A stretch of 57,552 nucleotides of DNA from positions 1 to 57,552 of the forward strand of contig DASQHP010000059.1 in the NCBI GenBank assembly GCA_035632035.1. The letters run 5' to 3'. Positions within the stretch are counted from its first letter, which is position 1. Each line of letters opens with the position of its first letter. Position numbers and translations under genes: made by a program. This DNA comes from Thermoplasmata archaeon. GTDB lineage: Archaea; Thermoplasmatota; Thermoplasmata; Lutacidiplasmatales; UBA184. Of this stretch, positions 35,057-44,704 are shown one piece after another. The notes beneath the pieces are model-generated. The model was not told the origin of the DNA and searched no databases. It saw only the letters and a program-made list of their open reading frames with translations.

Positions 35057-36094
35057 ATGGAAGGGGGTCGGGACCGGACCATTGACCGCGTCCGCCAGAT
35101 TCTCGAGAGCGCGGGATTCTACGTGACGGACGCTCACCACGTTCGTCCCACCAGCTTCGACCTCCTTGCCCGGCGCGACGCGCTCCTCGTGATCCTGAAG
35201 GTCCTCAAGAACATCGACGCGCTCGACCCCTCGGAAGCCGAGCGGCTGAAAGCGCTCGGCCAGCTGTTTCCGGCCTCGCCCCTCGTGGTCGGCCAAACGT
35301 CCGGGGCCACCGAGCTGGAGGAAGGGGTCGTCTACAGCCGATACGGCGTTTCCATCGTGGTCGAGGAGAGTCTGCGGGACTATCTGCTCAAGGGCCTTCC
35401 TCCATTCCTCTTCTCGAGTCCCGGGGGGATCTTCGCCCGGATCGACGGGGGCCGACTCCGGGAGCTCCGCATGGGAAGGAGCCTCTCGCTCGGTGCGCTC
35501 GCCACCGTCGCGGGCGTCTCCCGTCGGACGATCCAGTTGTACGAGGAGGGCGCGGGAGCCGAGGTCGACATCGTCGAGCGGCTCGAGGCGTTCCTGGGCG
35601 AGCCGATCGCCCTCGCGCTCGAGCTCTTCCACGCCCCGTCGGCGCCCCCGGCCCGGCCGGCAAAGGGAGCGGCCCGCGGCGAGTCGAATCCGGCGGAGGA
35701 ATCCGACGAGCCCGCGCGGCGAAGCGGACGGAGCGGCGATCTCCAGCGGACCGGCGACGCGATGCGCGACACGGTGTTCCGCCAGCTGGACGGGATGGGC
35801 TGGGAGGTCGTCGTGACCGTACGATGTCCCTTTGATGCGTTCACCCACGGGGCGACGCGCGACGCCGAGGAGATCCTCCTCACCTCGGTGGGGTCGCTCC
35901 GCACCGCGCAGCACCGGGCGGAGCTTCTGATGCAGCTCGCACGGGTCGCGGAGGGCCACGCGCTGTACGTCGTCCGGGAGCCTCCGACCCGCACGTCCAT
36001 CGAGGGACTTCCCCTGGTCTCCATGGAGGAGCTTCGGCGGCACCGCGACCGCGCCGAGCTCCTCGAGCTCCTCGCCGAGCGCGAGGGGGCGTGA
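35057..36094 (+). CDS. Archaeal HTH (cro/C1-type) transcriptional regulator, about 345 aa
   Basis: Central HTH LRELRMGRSLSLGALATVAGVSRRTIQLYEEG, flanked by conserved N- and C-terminal domains, as in the archaeal 'putative HTH-type transcriptional regulatory protein' family. ATG lies about 40 nt after TTTTTATATA. Confidence 0.8.
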   Translation: MEGGRDRTIDRVRQILESAGFYVTDAHHVRPTSFDLLARRDALLVILKVLKNIDALDPSEAERLKALGQLFPASPLVVGQTSGATELEEGVVYSRYGVSIVVEESLRDYLLKGLPPFLFSSPGGIFARIDGGRLRELRMGRSLSLGALATVAGVSRRTIQLYEEGAGAEVDIVERLEAFLGEPIALALELFHAPSAPPARPAKGAARGESNPAEESDEPARRSGRSGDLQRTGDAMRDTVFRQLDGMGWEVVVTVRCPFDAFTHGATRDAEEILLTSVGSLRTAQHRAELLMQLARVAEGHALYVVREPPTRTSIEGLPLVSMEELRRHRDRAELLELLAEREGA

Positions 36095-36726
36095 TCGATT
36101 CGCGACTGCGGGTCGACGGGCGCGAGGTCTGGCTCGCCGGGGTTGTCCGCGGCTTCGCGCCGGACGTCCCGCTCCTCATCGGACGGCTGGACGAGTTCGC
36201 CCCGAAGGGCGTCGGCGTCGGCATCTCGTTCGATGAGCTCACCGGACTCACCGACCACTTCGTGAACCGACCCTCCGAGCCGCTCGTCCCGCTGGCCACG
36301 ACCGAAACGGCCGAGCTGCTCGGTCTCGCGCGGTTCGGCGAGGTACGGGTCCCGAACCCGGCGTACGTGCGAGCGCTGGAGTGGAGCCACGCGCGGTCGA
36401 TCCCCGTGGAAGCGCTCGAGGTCTCCGACGAGCAGTACTCCCAGCTGTTCGCGGACCACATCAGCTACGTGGAGCTCGTGGGCCGGACGCTCCGGGAACG
36501 GCGGCTCACGCGAACGGCTCCGGAGGCGAAGTCGGCGGACGAGTACGCGATCGTCTGGGAGCGGGAGCTCGCCCGGGGACGGGGATCGAAGCGATTTCTC
36601 GATGCTCGGGTGGCCGCCATCGTCGCGGCCGCACGACGGCTCGTGGAACGAGTGGGCCGCGCCGCGGTCGTGGTCGACCGGGAGCGGTACGACGCCGTAA
36701 TGGCGGGCCTGCGAGGCCCGAACTAG
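36091..36726 (+). CDS. Hypothetical protein (211 aa), translationally coupled to the HTH regulator
   Basis: GTGA overlap with the upstream stop. Coding-like composition. No motif I can name; a weak resemblance to TraB-like proteins is not supportable. Confidence 0.6.
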   Translation: MIDSRLRVDGREVWLAGVVRGFAPDVPLLIGRLDEFAPKGVGVGISFDELTGLTDHFVNRPSEPLVPLATTETAELLGLARFGEVRVPNPAYVRALEWSHARSIPVEALEVSDEQYSQLFADHISYVELVGRTLRERRLTRTAPEAKSADEYAIVWERELARGRGSKRFLDARVAAIVAAARRLVERVGRAAVVVDRERYDAVMAGLRGPN

Positions 36727-36727
36727 A

Positions 36728-37270
36728 CTAGACCTCGCGGCTCAGGATCTGCTCGAGTCGCGCCCGGGCCGCGCGTCGGAACTCCTCGAGGCCGCCCTCG
36801 TTGACGAGCATCCCGTCCGCGAGAGCGAAGGCGTTGCCGATCCCCCACTCGAGCTCCCGGCGGTCCCGGTCGTAGAACTCCTGCATGTCCGCCCCGTCGT
36901 CCCCCCGGCCCCGACGGATCATGCGGTCGTACCGTTCCTCGGGGGAGGAGAAGATCCCGAGGACGAACAGGTCGCCGAAATGATGGCGGAAGACCGTGAC
37001 CTCGCTATCGGACCGGCACCCGTCGACGAGCATCTTCGTCTCGGTGAGCTTCGGGAGCGCGCGCTGCGCCCAGACGCCCGGGCCGTGCTTCTTGCGCTCC
37101 TCGCTCGCGACCCGAGCCACGTTGGCGTTGTTGAGCGCCAGCCCGCGACGTCGGGTCTCGTCGCGCACGAGGTCGCCCATCTTGAGCGTCGCCAGGCCCA
37201 TCTGGCGGGCGACCTCGACCAGCTCGTCCTTGCCCGAGCCGGGCATTCCCACCGTGACGATGAGTTTCAT
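36728..37270 (-). CDS. P-loop nucleotide kinase-like protein (UPF0200 / dephospho-CoA-kinase-like)
   Basis: MKLIVTVGMPGSGKDE Walker A at the extreme N-terminus. 180 aa with adenylate-kinase-like size and layout. Confidence 0.8.
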   Translation of the reverse strand: MKLIVTVGMPGSGKDELVEVARQMGLATLKMGDLVRDETRRRGLALNNANVARVASEERKKHGPGVWAQRALPKLTETKMLVDGCRSDSEVTVFRHHFGDLFVLGIFSSPEERYDRMIRRGRGDDGADMQEFYDRDRRELEWGIGNAFALADGMLVNEGGLEEFRRAARARLEQILSREV

Positions 37271-37881
37271 GGCGCCGGGGGCTCGCTCGATGGCGGAGGC
37301 GCGGGGGTTCCGCCCGCCCGGGCGGCAACCTCCTCCTGCGTCGCCAACTGCAGCCGGTCCGCGCGCTTCCGGTAGCTGTCGGCCTCCTGTTCCTCGAGGC
37401 GGGATTGCTCGAGGTACCGGTCGACCTTGATCTTGAGCTCGGCGGTCTTCTGGGTCTTCACCGCGGCCCGGTGCTCCAGCGTGCGCGCCTTGTGCTGGAG
37501 GTCGACGATCTTCTGCTGGATCTTGCGGATGCGGTACTGGAGGTTGGTGACGTCGGAGCCGATGGAGATGCCGCCGGTGCGCTCGGTCGACGCCTGGATG
37601 TCCCGCTCGAGCTGGGCCATCTCGCCCTCGAGGTCCGGAACGCGGCCGAGGACGGTCTGCGCCTTCTCCCGGAGGACCGTCGCCTGGTGCCGGATCTTCT
37701 CGATCTTGGTGTTGATCCGGGCCGCCCGCTGCTGGTTCCGGGTGGAGACGCGTTCGTGCTTCGCGGCGATCTCACGGAGCTTCGTGATGTCGGCGTACCC
37801 CTGGCCCATCCACCGGGACTCGCGGTGGACGGAGGCGCCGCTGCCCGAGGAAGGAGCCGGGGGAGGAGTCTCCGGCGCCAT
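37267..37881 (-). CDS. Coiled-coil protein, hypothetical
   Basis: 204 aa. Two long heptad-like helical stretches are separated by TGGISIGSDVTN, and both termini are Pro-rich. ATG is 26-31 nt from TTATAG. ATGA overlap with the kinase gene. Confidence 0.65.
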   Translation of the reverse strand: MAPETPPPAPSSGSGASVHRESRWMGQGYADITKLREIAAKHERVSTRNQQRAARINTKIEKIRHQATVLREKAQTVLGRVPDLEGEMAQLERDIQASTERTGGISIGSDVTNLQYRIRKIQQKIVDLQHKARTLEHRAAVKTQKTAELKIKVDRYLEQSRLEEQEADSYRKRADRLQLATQEEVAARAGGTPAPPPSSEPPAP

Positions 37882-37906
37882 CGGGGCGGGTTCACCGGGG
37901 CATCCC

Positions 37907-37912
37907 CTATAA
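37907..37912 (-). promoter_or_regulatory. TATA-like box TTATAG (minus strand) upstream of the coiled-coil gene
   Basis: 26-31 nt upstream of the ATG at 37881. Confidence 0.45.
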
Positions 37913-37935
37913 CGATTGTTGCCGATGGAACGCGC

Positions 37936-39441
37936 CTAGGCGCGCGGCGGGTGCGGGGCCAAGAGCTGGGGCCGGAGCCGGTCCGCGAGTCCGGAGATCG
38001 GAACCCGGCTCTGGGTCTTCGAGTCCCGTTCGCGCAGCGTCACCGTGCCCGCATGGGGATGACCGGCATCGACCGACTCCCCGTCGATCGTAACGCAGAA
38101 TGGCGTACCGGCTTCGTCGAATCGGGCGTAGCGTCGGCCGATGGAACCCGCGTCGTCCAGCGACGCCGTGACGCCGGCGTCGAGGAGGGACCCGACGACC
38201 TCCCGGGCCAGCGAGGTGTGCTCCTTCTTCAGCAGCGGGAGCACTCCGACCGCAACGGGGGCCAGGTACGGCGGGAGCTTCCAGACGGTCCGCTCCCCGT
38301 CGACGGCGATCCCGCGGTCCGCGAGCGCCCAGAGGGCCCGGTCCACCCCGAAGGTGAGCTCGAGGACATGGGGCAATACCCGGCCCCCGCCGTCGGCCGC
38401 CACCGACAGGTCCCGGGCCGCTCCTTCGCCGTGCCGCGTGAGGTCGTAGTCGCCGCGGTAGTGGACCGCGCCGATCTCCTTGAAGCCGCCGAGTGAGGGG
38501 ACCTGCACCTCGAAATCGAACTGGATCCGATTGTAGAACGCTCGTTCCTTCTCCGACTTCTCGAACAGGCGGATCGCCTCGCCGGGAAAGCCGAGGACGT
38601 CCCGGAAGAATCGGAACTGATGGACCAGGTGGAAGACGTAGAACTCCGGCAACCCGCTCGCCACGAGCTCGGCCGCCGTGCACGCTTCCGCCCGGTCTCG
38701 CCCCGCTTCGCGGTCCGGCGCCCGGAGGACCGGGAGCGACTCCGCCGAGACATCTGCGAACGGGAGTGGGAACCGGTCGGGGGCGAAGAAGATCTGGAGC
38801 TCGGCCTGCGTGAACGCCCGCATCCGGAACAGGACCTGGCGCGGCGCGATCTCGTTCCGATAGGCACGGCCGATCACGGCCACACCGAGAGGAAGCGCCC
38901 GGCGGCCGACGTCCCACATCCGGGGGAACGCGAGATAGCTGCTCTGCGCGGTCTCGGGCCGGAGGTAGGCCCGCTCTTTGCCGGTGACGCCGATGTCGAT
39001 ACCGAACATCATGTTGAACGGCCGCGGGACCGACAGGGTCGTGGAGCCGCACGTCGGACATTTCACTCGGGACTGAGCGACGAGGTCAGCGATCTCCGCC
39101 GTCGATAGACCGTCCACGCCCTCGGGGCGCACCTTCTCGAGCACGGTCTCGGCCCGGAAGGCAGAGTGGCAGCTGTCGCAGACGACCTCGGGGTCCGTGA
39201 AGTTCTCGAGATGGCCCGACGCGCGGACCACGGCCTCGGGCAGGATCTCGGCGGCCTCGATGAGATAGTAGTCCTCGGAACGCCCCACGAACCACCGGCT
39301 CCAGGCGTCCTCGACCCGCCGCTTGAGCGCCGCGCCGAGGGGACCGTAATCGTACAGCCCCGCGGCCCCGCCGTAGATCTCCGCGGTGGGCCAGAGGAAA
39401 CCCCGCCGCCGGAGGAGGGCGTAGAGCTCGTCGGCCTTCAC
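37936..39441 (-). CDS. glyS: Glycine--tRNA ligase (archaeal/eukaryotic class II type)
   Basis: RRGFLWPTAEIYGGAAGLYDYGPLGAALK..., FRNEIAPR-like YRNEIAPRQ, and an anticodon-binding C-terminus. Confidence 0.95.
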   Translation of the reverse strand: MKADELYALLRRRGFLWPTAEIYGGAAGLYDYGPLGAALKRRVEDAWSRWFVGRSEDYYLIEAAEILPEAVVRASGHLENFTDPEVVCDSCHSAFRAETVLEKVRPEGVDGLSTAEIADLVAQSRVKCPTCGSTTLSVPRPFNMMFGIDIGVTGKERAYLRPETAQSSYLAFPRMWDVGRRALPLGVAVIGRAYRNEIAPRQVLFRMRAFTQAELQIFFAPDRFPLPFADVSAESLPVLRAPDREAGRDRAEACTAAELVASGLPEFYVFHLVHQFRFFRDVLGFPGEAIRLFEKSEKERAFYNRIQFDFEVQVPSLGGFKEIGAVHYRGDYDLTRHGEGAARDLSVAADGGGRVLPHVLELTFGVDRALWALADRGIAVDGERTVWKLPPYLAPVAVGVLPLLKKEHTSLAREVVGSLLDAGVTASLDDAGSIGRRYARFDEAGTPFCVTIDGESVDAGHPHAGTVTLRERDSKTQSRVPISGLADRLRPQLLAPHPPRA

Positions 39442-39445
39442 GGAT

Positions 39446-40528
39446 TCACCACCGCCGGTCGGGGGTCCCCGGACGCACCATAAGATGTTCGGTGCCGCGA
39501 CTGACCAGCTGGTACGCCGGGTCCTCGGCCGGGAGGCGGAGGACCGTCGGAGTCACCGGCATCGTGGGAGCCACGCGGGCGCACTCGGGACGGCCGAGCC
39601 ATTCCCAGGGGTGGACGAACGCCATGCGGGCGAGGTACGCCGGTCCGACGGGGCGGCCGGCGAACCGCGCCGAAACGTACGCGAACTCGAGCTCGCGCCA
39701 GATGGACGGGGAGTGGAACATCACATTGTCCGTGCCCAGGAGTCCTCGGACGCCGAACCGTTCGAACGCGGCGAGGTCGGGCCGGCGGCCGAACAACGCG
39801 TTCGACCGGGGACAGACCGCCACGGCCACCTTCGCGCGGGCCACGCGCTCGAGGTCGTCGGCCGTCGCCTTCGTGAGATGGACGAGCAGGTCCGGCCGGG
39901 GTCGTAGGTAATCGTCGGGATCCTCCCGGACCTCCTCGCTGGCGTGCATCGCGAAGAAGCGGCCCCGTCGGCGACACGCGCGGGCGACCAGGCGTCGAAC
40001 GGCCGGGGGCTCCTCCCGGGCCGCGCTGAGGCCGATCCCATCCGCCTCGCGCAGCACCCGGTCGAGCTCGGACGGGTCGACGGGTCGGCGCAACGTACGA
40101 CCGAGGATCACGGGATGGACCCCCGTGCCGCGGGCGGCCCGCTTGAGGTCGGCGATCCCGTCCAGCCCTTCCTCGCGGAAGTCGATCGTCGCCGCGACGC
40201 CCTCCGCCCGCATCCGTAGAAGGGCTCGTCGCATCGCCGCGATCTTCTCGCGGCGGGGCGTGGTGGCGAGGAGGCGGAACTTGTAGCCGTGCGGCGGCCG
40301 GACGAGCTCCGCGAGCGGCTGGTGGGGCGGCTCCCGGGTCGCGACGGCATCGCCCAGGTGCGTGTGCCCGTTCACCGGTGGCGGGGTCACGATGCCTCGC
40401 AGCCGCTTGACCCGGCCCCGGGTGCTGTCGGTTCCCGGTACGCCCACTTCCACGACTCGCCCTCCGCGGAAGCGGACGTAGGCCCGGTGAGGTCCGTCGG
40501 CGTCCACGACGGCCCCCTCCACGATCAC
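39446..40528 (-). CDS. Amidohydrolase-family protein (chlorohydrolase/deaminase-like)
   Basis: NGHTHLGD (HxH), FAMHASE, LVHLT and GTDN metal-ligand pattern. Substrate unknown. Confidence 0.85.
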   Translation of the reverse strand: MIVEGAVVDADGPHRAYVRFRGGRVVEVGVPGTDSTRGRVKRLRGIVTPPPVNGHTHLGDAVATREPPHQPLAELVRPPHGYKFRLLATTPRREKIAAMRRALLRMRAEGVAATIDFREEGLDGIADLKRAARGTGVHPVILGRTLRRPVDPSELDRVLREADGIGLSAAREEPPAVRRLVARACRRRGRFFAMHASEEVREDPDDYLRPRPDLLVHLTKATADDLERVARAKVAVAVCPRSNALFGRRPDLAAFERFGVRGLLGTDNVMFHSPSIWRELEFAYVSARFAGRPVGPAYLARMAFVHPWEWLGRPECARVAPTMPVTPTVLRLPAEDPAYQLVSRGTEHLMVRPGTPDRRW

Positions 40529-40599
40529 CGGTTCTCCCGGCGCGAGGAGGCGGTGCCGGTATGTAACGTTCGGCCGGAGGCCCCAACGGCTATGCGCCC

Positions 40600-41526
40600 G
40601 TGGGGCTCGGGACGCCTGTGGGGACCGCCCGACGTGCCTCCGCCCCCCCGGCCCGGCCGCTGGACCTGGCCGTGGTGGGACATGTCGTGGTCGACCATCT
40701 GGTATCGGTCGCCCGGCTTCCCGCCCGGGACCGGACGGTTCCGGCCCTAGCCCGGTCGGACGAGCTGGGCGGGACGGCCGCCAACCTCGCGTTGGCCGCG
40801 GCGGGGTTCGGGGTCCGGACCGCCCTCATCTCCCGAGTGGGGGTGGATTTCCCGCCTTCGTTCCGAGCCCGGCTCGCCACGGCTGGCATCGACCTCCGTG
40901 GCCTGGAGCGGGTATCTGGGGCGACCTCGTCGACCTGCATCATCGTGCACGACGCGGCGGGCGAGCAGATGACGGTCATCGACCAGGGCCCGCTGGGAGA
41001 CGCCCATGACGCGCCCATCCCCGACGCGGTCATCTCCCAGTCGAGCTGGGTCCACCTCGGCACCGGCGACCCCGCCTACCTGCGGCGCATCCAGCGACGC
41101 GCCCGAGAACTCGGGCGATCGGTCGCCTTCGACCCGGCCCAGGAGATCCACTACCGGTGGGACCGCCGGCGGCTCCAACCGGTCCTGGCGGCGGCGGAGA
41201 TGCTGTTCGGGAACGATCACGAGATCGCCGCCGTCGTGCGTCTCACGGGGGCCGGTTCGGTTCGCCGACTCCTCGACATCGTCCCGACGGTCGTGATGAC
41301 CCGGGGCGCCCGGGGAGCGCGCGCCTACTTCCGGGGAGGGCAGGTCGATGTGCCGTCCGTCCGGGTCCCCCACGTCGCCGACCCCACGGGAGCGGGCGAC
41401 GCGTTCCGGGGAGGATTCTACGCTGGCTGGTTCGCGGGCGAACCGCTCCCACGCTGCCTGAGCGCCGGCAGCCGCGCCGCGGCCTCGTGGCTCCGCGGCC
41501 GTGCCGTGAACCGTCGGAAGGGGTAG
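40600..41526 (+). CDS. PfkB-family carbohydrate/nucleoside kinase
   Basis: VVGHVVVDH...GGTAANLALAAA...DPTGAGDAFRGGF. Start uncertain (GTG at 40600 or 40618). Confidence 0.85.
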   Translation: MGLGTPVGTARRASAPPARPLDLAVVGHVVVDHLVSVARLPARDRTVPALARSDELGGTAANLALAAAGFGVRTALISRVGVDFPPSFRARLATAGIDLRGLERVSGATSSTCIIVHDAAGEQMTVIDQGPLGDAHDAPIPDAVISQSSWVHLGTGDPAYLRRIQRRARELGRSVAFDPAQEIHYRWDRRRLQPVLAAAEMLFGNDHEIAAVVRLTGAGSVRRLLDIVPTVVMTRGARGARAYFRGGQVDVPSVRVPHVADPTGAGDAFRGGFYAGWFAGEPLPRCLSAGSRAAASWLRGRAVNRRKG

Positions 41527-41540
41527 GGGCGACCGTGAAG

Positions 41541-42782
41541 ATGCGTCCGTTCGGCCGTCTTGTCCCGGTCGCGACCGCGATGCGCCGGCTTTTCTCCGCC
41601 GCACACCCCCTGACCGCGACCGAAGAGGTCCCTCTCGAGAACGGGGTCGGTCGCGTGGCAGCAGAGACCTGGCGGGCTCCTCGACCGGTTCCTGACTTCC
41701 GCCGCGCGACGTGGGATGGCTTTGCGATCCGAAGCCGGGATACGCGGTCCGCGAGCGCGGGTCGACCGGTGTCGCTTCGTCTCGTCGGCGAGGTCTACGC
41801 CGAGGGCGCTCTCGACCGTCCGTTGCGGCCCGGCGAGGCGGCGGCGATCGCGACGGGGGGAGCTGTACCGCGGGGGGCCGATGCGGTCCTGATCTTCGAG
41901 GAGACCGAGACGGTCGACGGTCAGGTCCTCGTCCGGCGCTTCGTCCCTCCCGACGAGCGGATCGCGGCGCCGGGGGATGACTTCCCGCGCGGCACCCGGA
42001 TCGTGCGGGTCGGGGACTTCCTCGACCCCGCGGCCATCGGGGCGCTCGCGGCGACCGGGCGCGCCGCGGTGCGAGTGTACCGGAAGCCTCGAGTCGCACT
42101 TCTTTCGAACGGGAACGAGCTGGTCCCACCCGGTCGGGCTCTCAAACCCGGCCAGATCCACGAGGTGAACAACCTCACTCTGGGGGCCCTCATCACCGCC
42201 GCTGGGGGAGTCCCGCACGCCCTTCCGCCGCTGCCCGACGTGCCGACGAGGATCGAGGCGGCCCTGCGTCGGGCCCTGCGAAGCCATGACGTTGTGGTCG
42301 TGACCGGCGGGAGCTCGGTCGGCGAGCACGACTACCTGCCGACGATCTTTCCCCGGATCGGGACCTTGCTCTTTCACGGGGTGGCGGTGCGACCGGGGAA
42401 GCCGACCCTCGCGGCGCATCGCGGGACGAAGCTGCTCCTGGGGATGCCGGGCCACCCCACCTCCTGCCTTTCGAACGGGATGTGGATGCTGCTCCCTCTC
42501 CTGCGACGCGTGGCGGGTCTCCCGGGTCCCGGCTGGGTCGAGATCCCGGTTCGACTGGGGAAGGCCTGGGGTCCGGCAAGCCCGACGATGACGACGGTGG
42601 TTCCGCTCCACGTGGAGAACGGCGTCGCCCGTCCGACGTTCAAGGACTCATCGGCGATCTCGAGCCTCCGTGGGGCGAACGCTTACGCCCTGAGGCCGCC
42701 GGGTTCCCCGCACTTACCGGCCGGCGCGACCCAGGTCGTCCGTCTGCTGCCCTCGACCCTCGGCGTTCCCGCCGTCCACTAA
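41541..42782 (+). CDS. moeA: Molybdopterin molybdenumtransferase MoeA
   Basis: MoeA layout, with ...RRATWDGFAIRS..., GDDFPRG, VALLSNGNEL, VVVTGGSSVGEHD and PGKP. ATG at 41541 (or GTG at 41535) lies inside the longer ORF from 41157. Confidence 0.9.
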   Translation: MRPFGRLVPVATAMRRLFSAAHPLTATEEVPLENGVGRVAAETWRAPRPVPDFRRATWDGFAIRSRDTRSASAGRPVSLRLVGEVYAEGALDRPLRPGEAAAIATGGAVPRGADAVLIFEETETVDGQVLVRRFVPPDERIAAPGDDFPRGTRIVRVGDFLDPAAIGALAATGRAAVRVYRKPRVALLSNGNELVPPGRALKPGQIHEVNNLTLGALITAAGGVPHALPPLPDVPTRIEAALRRALRSHDVVVVTGGSSVGEHDYLPTIFPRIGTLLFHGVAVRPGKPTLAAHRGTKLLLGMPGHPTSCLSNGMWMLLPLLRRVAGLPGPGWVEIPVRLGKAWGPASPTMTTVVPLHVENGVARPTFKDSSAISSLRGANAYALRPPGSPHLPAGATQVVRLLPSTLGVPAVH

Positions 42783-42824
42783 GGGAACCGCGGAAGAAAG
42801 GATATCCGTGGTACCGGCCATCCA

Positions 42825-43832
42825 ATGGCCGTGCGCGACCGCTACGGGCGCGAGCTCACCGACCTGCGCATCTCGTTGACGCAGCGGTGTAACCTTAGAT
42901 GCGTCTTCTGCCACATGGAGGGGCAGCCGGCGGCGACGCACGAGGTCTCCCCGTCCGACATCGAGGCCGTGGTCCGGGTCGGGGCCAGCCTCGGGATCGA
43001 CCGGGTGAAACTCACCGGAGGCGAGCCGACGCTGCGATCCGACATCGTGGAGATCGTGCGCCGGGTCTCCCCCCTCGTGGACGAGGTCTCCATGACGACC
43101 AACGGGCTCCTCCTCGACCGGCTCGCGGCCCCGCTGCACGACGCCGGCCTCGACCGCGTGAACGTGAGCCTGCCGAGCGTCGACCCCGAGATCTATCGCA
43201 CGCTCACGGGCGTGGACGGGTGCGCGGCGGCCATGCGCGGGATCCGGGCCGCGGCCGCGGCCGGGCTGAACCCCATCAAGCTCAACGTGGTCGCGCTCGA
43301 CGGCGAGACGGATTCGACCGAGTCGGTCGACCGGCTCGTCGCCTTCGCCCAGGACATCGGCGCCTGGGTCCAGGTGATCGAGTTCGAGAACGTGAGCGGC
43401 CGCGTGGACCCCGGCGTCTACCGACGCCTTCACTCGGAGCTGAGCCGCCTGTCGGAAGCCGCGGCGTCGCGCGCGTTCGCCACCTCCGCCAACCGGCTGC
43501 ACCGGCGCCCTCGGTACACGTTCGAGTCGAACGGTCGGCCCGTGACGGTGGAGGTCGTCCAGCCGGTCGAGAACCCCGACTTCTGCATGGCGTGCACCCG
43601 GCTCCGCCTGACCTCGGACGGCCGGCTGAAGGGCTGCCTCATGACGAACGAGGGTCTCGTGGATCTTCGCCCCCATTTCGGCCCGCCGGCGGATGAGGCC
43701 GCCCTGGCCGCGGGCTTTGAGCGCGCCGTCCAAGTCCGGCGACCGTTCTTCACCGGGCCGCAGACCCCGCGACCGGACCGAGTGCCGGAGTTCGAGGGGG
43801 CCCAGACGCTCCCGCTCATCTCGGAGCGATAG
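42825..43832 (+). CDS. moaA: GTP 3',8-cyclase MoaA (radical SAM)
   Basis: LRISLTQRCNLRCVFCH CxxxCxxC cluster motif, LTGGEPTL, and C-terminal cluster cysteines CMACTRLRLTSDGRLKGC. Confidence 0.95.
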   Translation: MAVRDRYGRELTDLRISLTQRCNLRCVFCHMEGQPAATHEVSPSDIEAVVRVGASLGIDRVKLTGGEPTLRSDIVEIVRRVSPLVDEVSMTTNGLLLDRLAAPLHDAGLDRVNVSLPSVDPEIYRTLTGVDGCAAAMRGIRAAAAAGLNPIKLNVVALDGETDSTESVDRLVAFAQDIGAWVQVIEFENVSGRVDPGVYRRLHSELSRLSEAAASRAFATSANRLHRRPRYTFESNGRPVTVEVVQPVENPDFCMACTRLRLTSDGRLKGCLMTNEGLVDLRPHFGPPADEAALAAGFERAVQVRRPFFTGPQTPRPDRVPEFEGAQTLPLISER

Positions 43833-43873
43833 GCCCGCGGCAAAGGCCAAGAGCCCGCCCCCGTTGGGACGGC

Positions 43874-44704
43874 GTGGCCCGCGAGCGCCTCAAGATCGCC
43901 ATCGTGTCGATCGAAGGCACGAACAACGACGAGGAGCTGTTCGTGGCCATGAAGACGCTGGGCGCGCGCCCCGAGATCGTCCATCTGAAACAGCTGGAAG
44001 GCCGGGACGTCGCCCGCAGTGAGGTCCGCCGGCTGTTCGACTACCAGGTCCTCCTGTTTCCCGGAGGGTTCGCCGCGGGCGACTATGTTCGGGCCGGGGC
44101 GATCCTCGCCGCCCGGGTCCGGGCCGCGATCGGCCCCGAGCTTGAATCGTTCGTGAAGGACGGCCGACTGGTAGGCGGGGTCTGCAACGGCTTCCAGGTC
44201 CTGACCGAGCTCGGACTTCTCCCGGGGCGGCGCGGTGGCCGGCTCGGGACCCCCGAAGCCGCGCTGATGACGAACGACTCGGGCCGCTACGAGTGCCGAC
44301 CGACGTTCCTCGCGTGGCAGGGCGGCCGGTTCCCGCCGCTCGCCGAGACGCCCACGGGCTCGCGGTACATGTTCCCGAGCGGGCACGCCGAGGGAAAGCT
44401 CGTCCTGGGGGGCGACGCGGAACGCAAGCTGCACGAGCTCGAAGCGGCGGGCCAGGTCCTCTTCCGTTGGGTGGCACCCGACGGGAGCTGGGCGACGTAC
44501 CCCTGGAACCCGAACGGATCTCCCGGGAACGTCGCCGGACTCACGAACCCGGAAGGGAACGTCTTCGGACTCATGCCGCATCCCGAGCGCGGGTTCTTCC
44601 ACTGGCAGGCTCCGGACTGGACCCGGACCGGCACGGCCGACGGGTGGGGCGACGGCCACCGTTTCTTCGACTCGATCCTTCGGTACGCCGAGCGTCACCT
44701 CTAG
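43874..44704 (+). CDS. purQ: Phosphoribosylformylglycinamidine synthase, glutaminase subunit PurQ
   Basis: KIAIVSIEGTNND, GGFAAGDY, the nucleophile elbow GVCNGFQVL, and MPHPER. Confidence 0.93.
   Translation: MARERLKIAIVSIEGTNNDEELFVAMKTLGARPEIVHLKQLEGRDVARSEVRRLFDYQVLLFPGGFAAGDYVRAGAILAARVRAAIGPELESFVKDGRLVGGVCNGFQVLTELGLLPGRRGGRLGTPEAALMTNDSGRYECRPTFLAWQGGRFPPLAETPTGSRYMFPSGHAEGKLVLGGDAERKLHELEAAGQVLFRWVAPDGSWATYPWNPNGSPGNVAGLTNPEGNVFGLMPHPERGFFHWQAPDWTRTGTADGWGDGHRFFDSILRYAERHL

Noticed and set aside
36091-36726. Calling the 211-aa protein a second TraB-family paralogue.
   Set aside because: It shows only vague similarity in its N-terminal strand. The GTxH-type motif and the C-terminal GxxH motif seen in the 3269-3988 protein are absent.
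37931-37944. A perfect 14-nt palindrome, CGCGCCTAGGCGCG, spanning the glyS stop codon.
   Set aside because: It has no loop, so it is not a terminator hairpin. Short GC palindromes are expected by chance at this GC content, and I saw no second copy.
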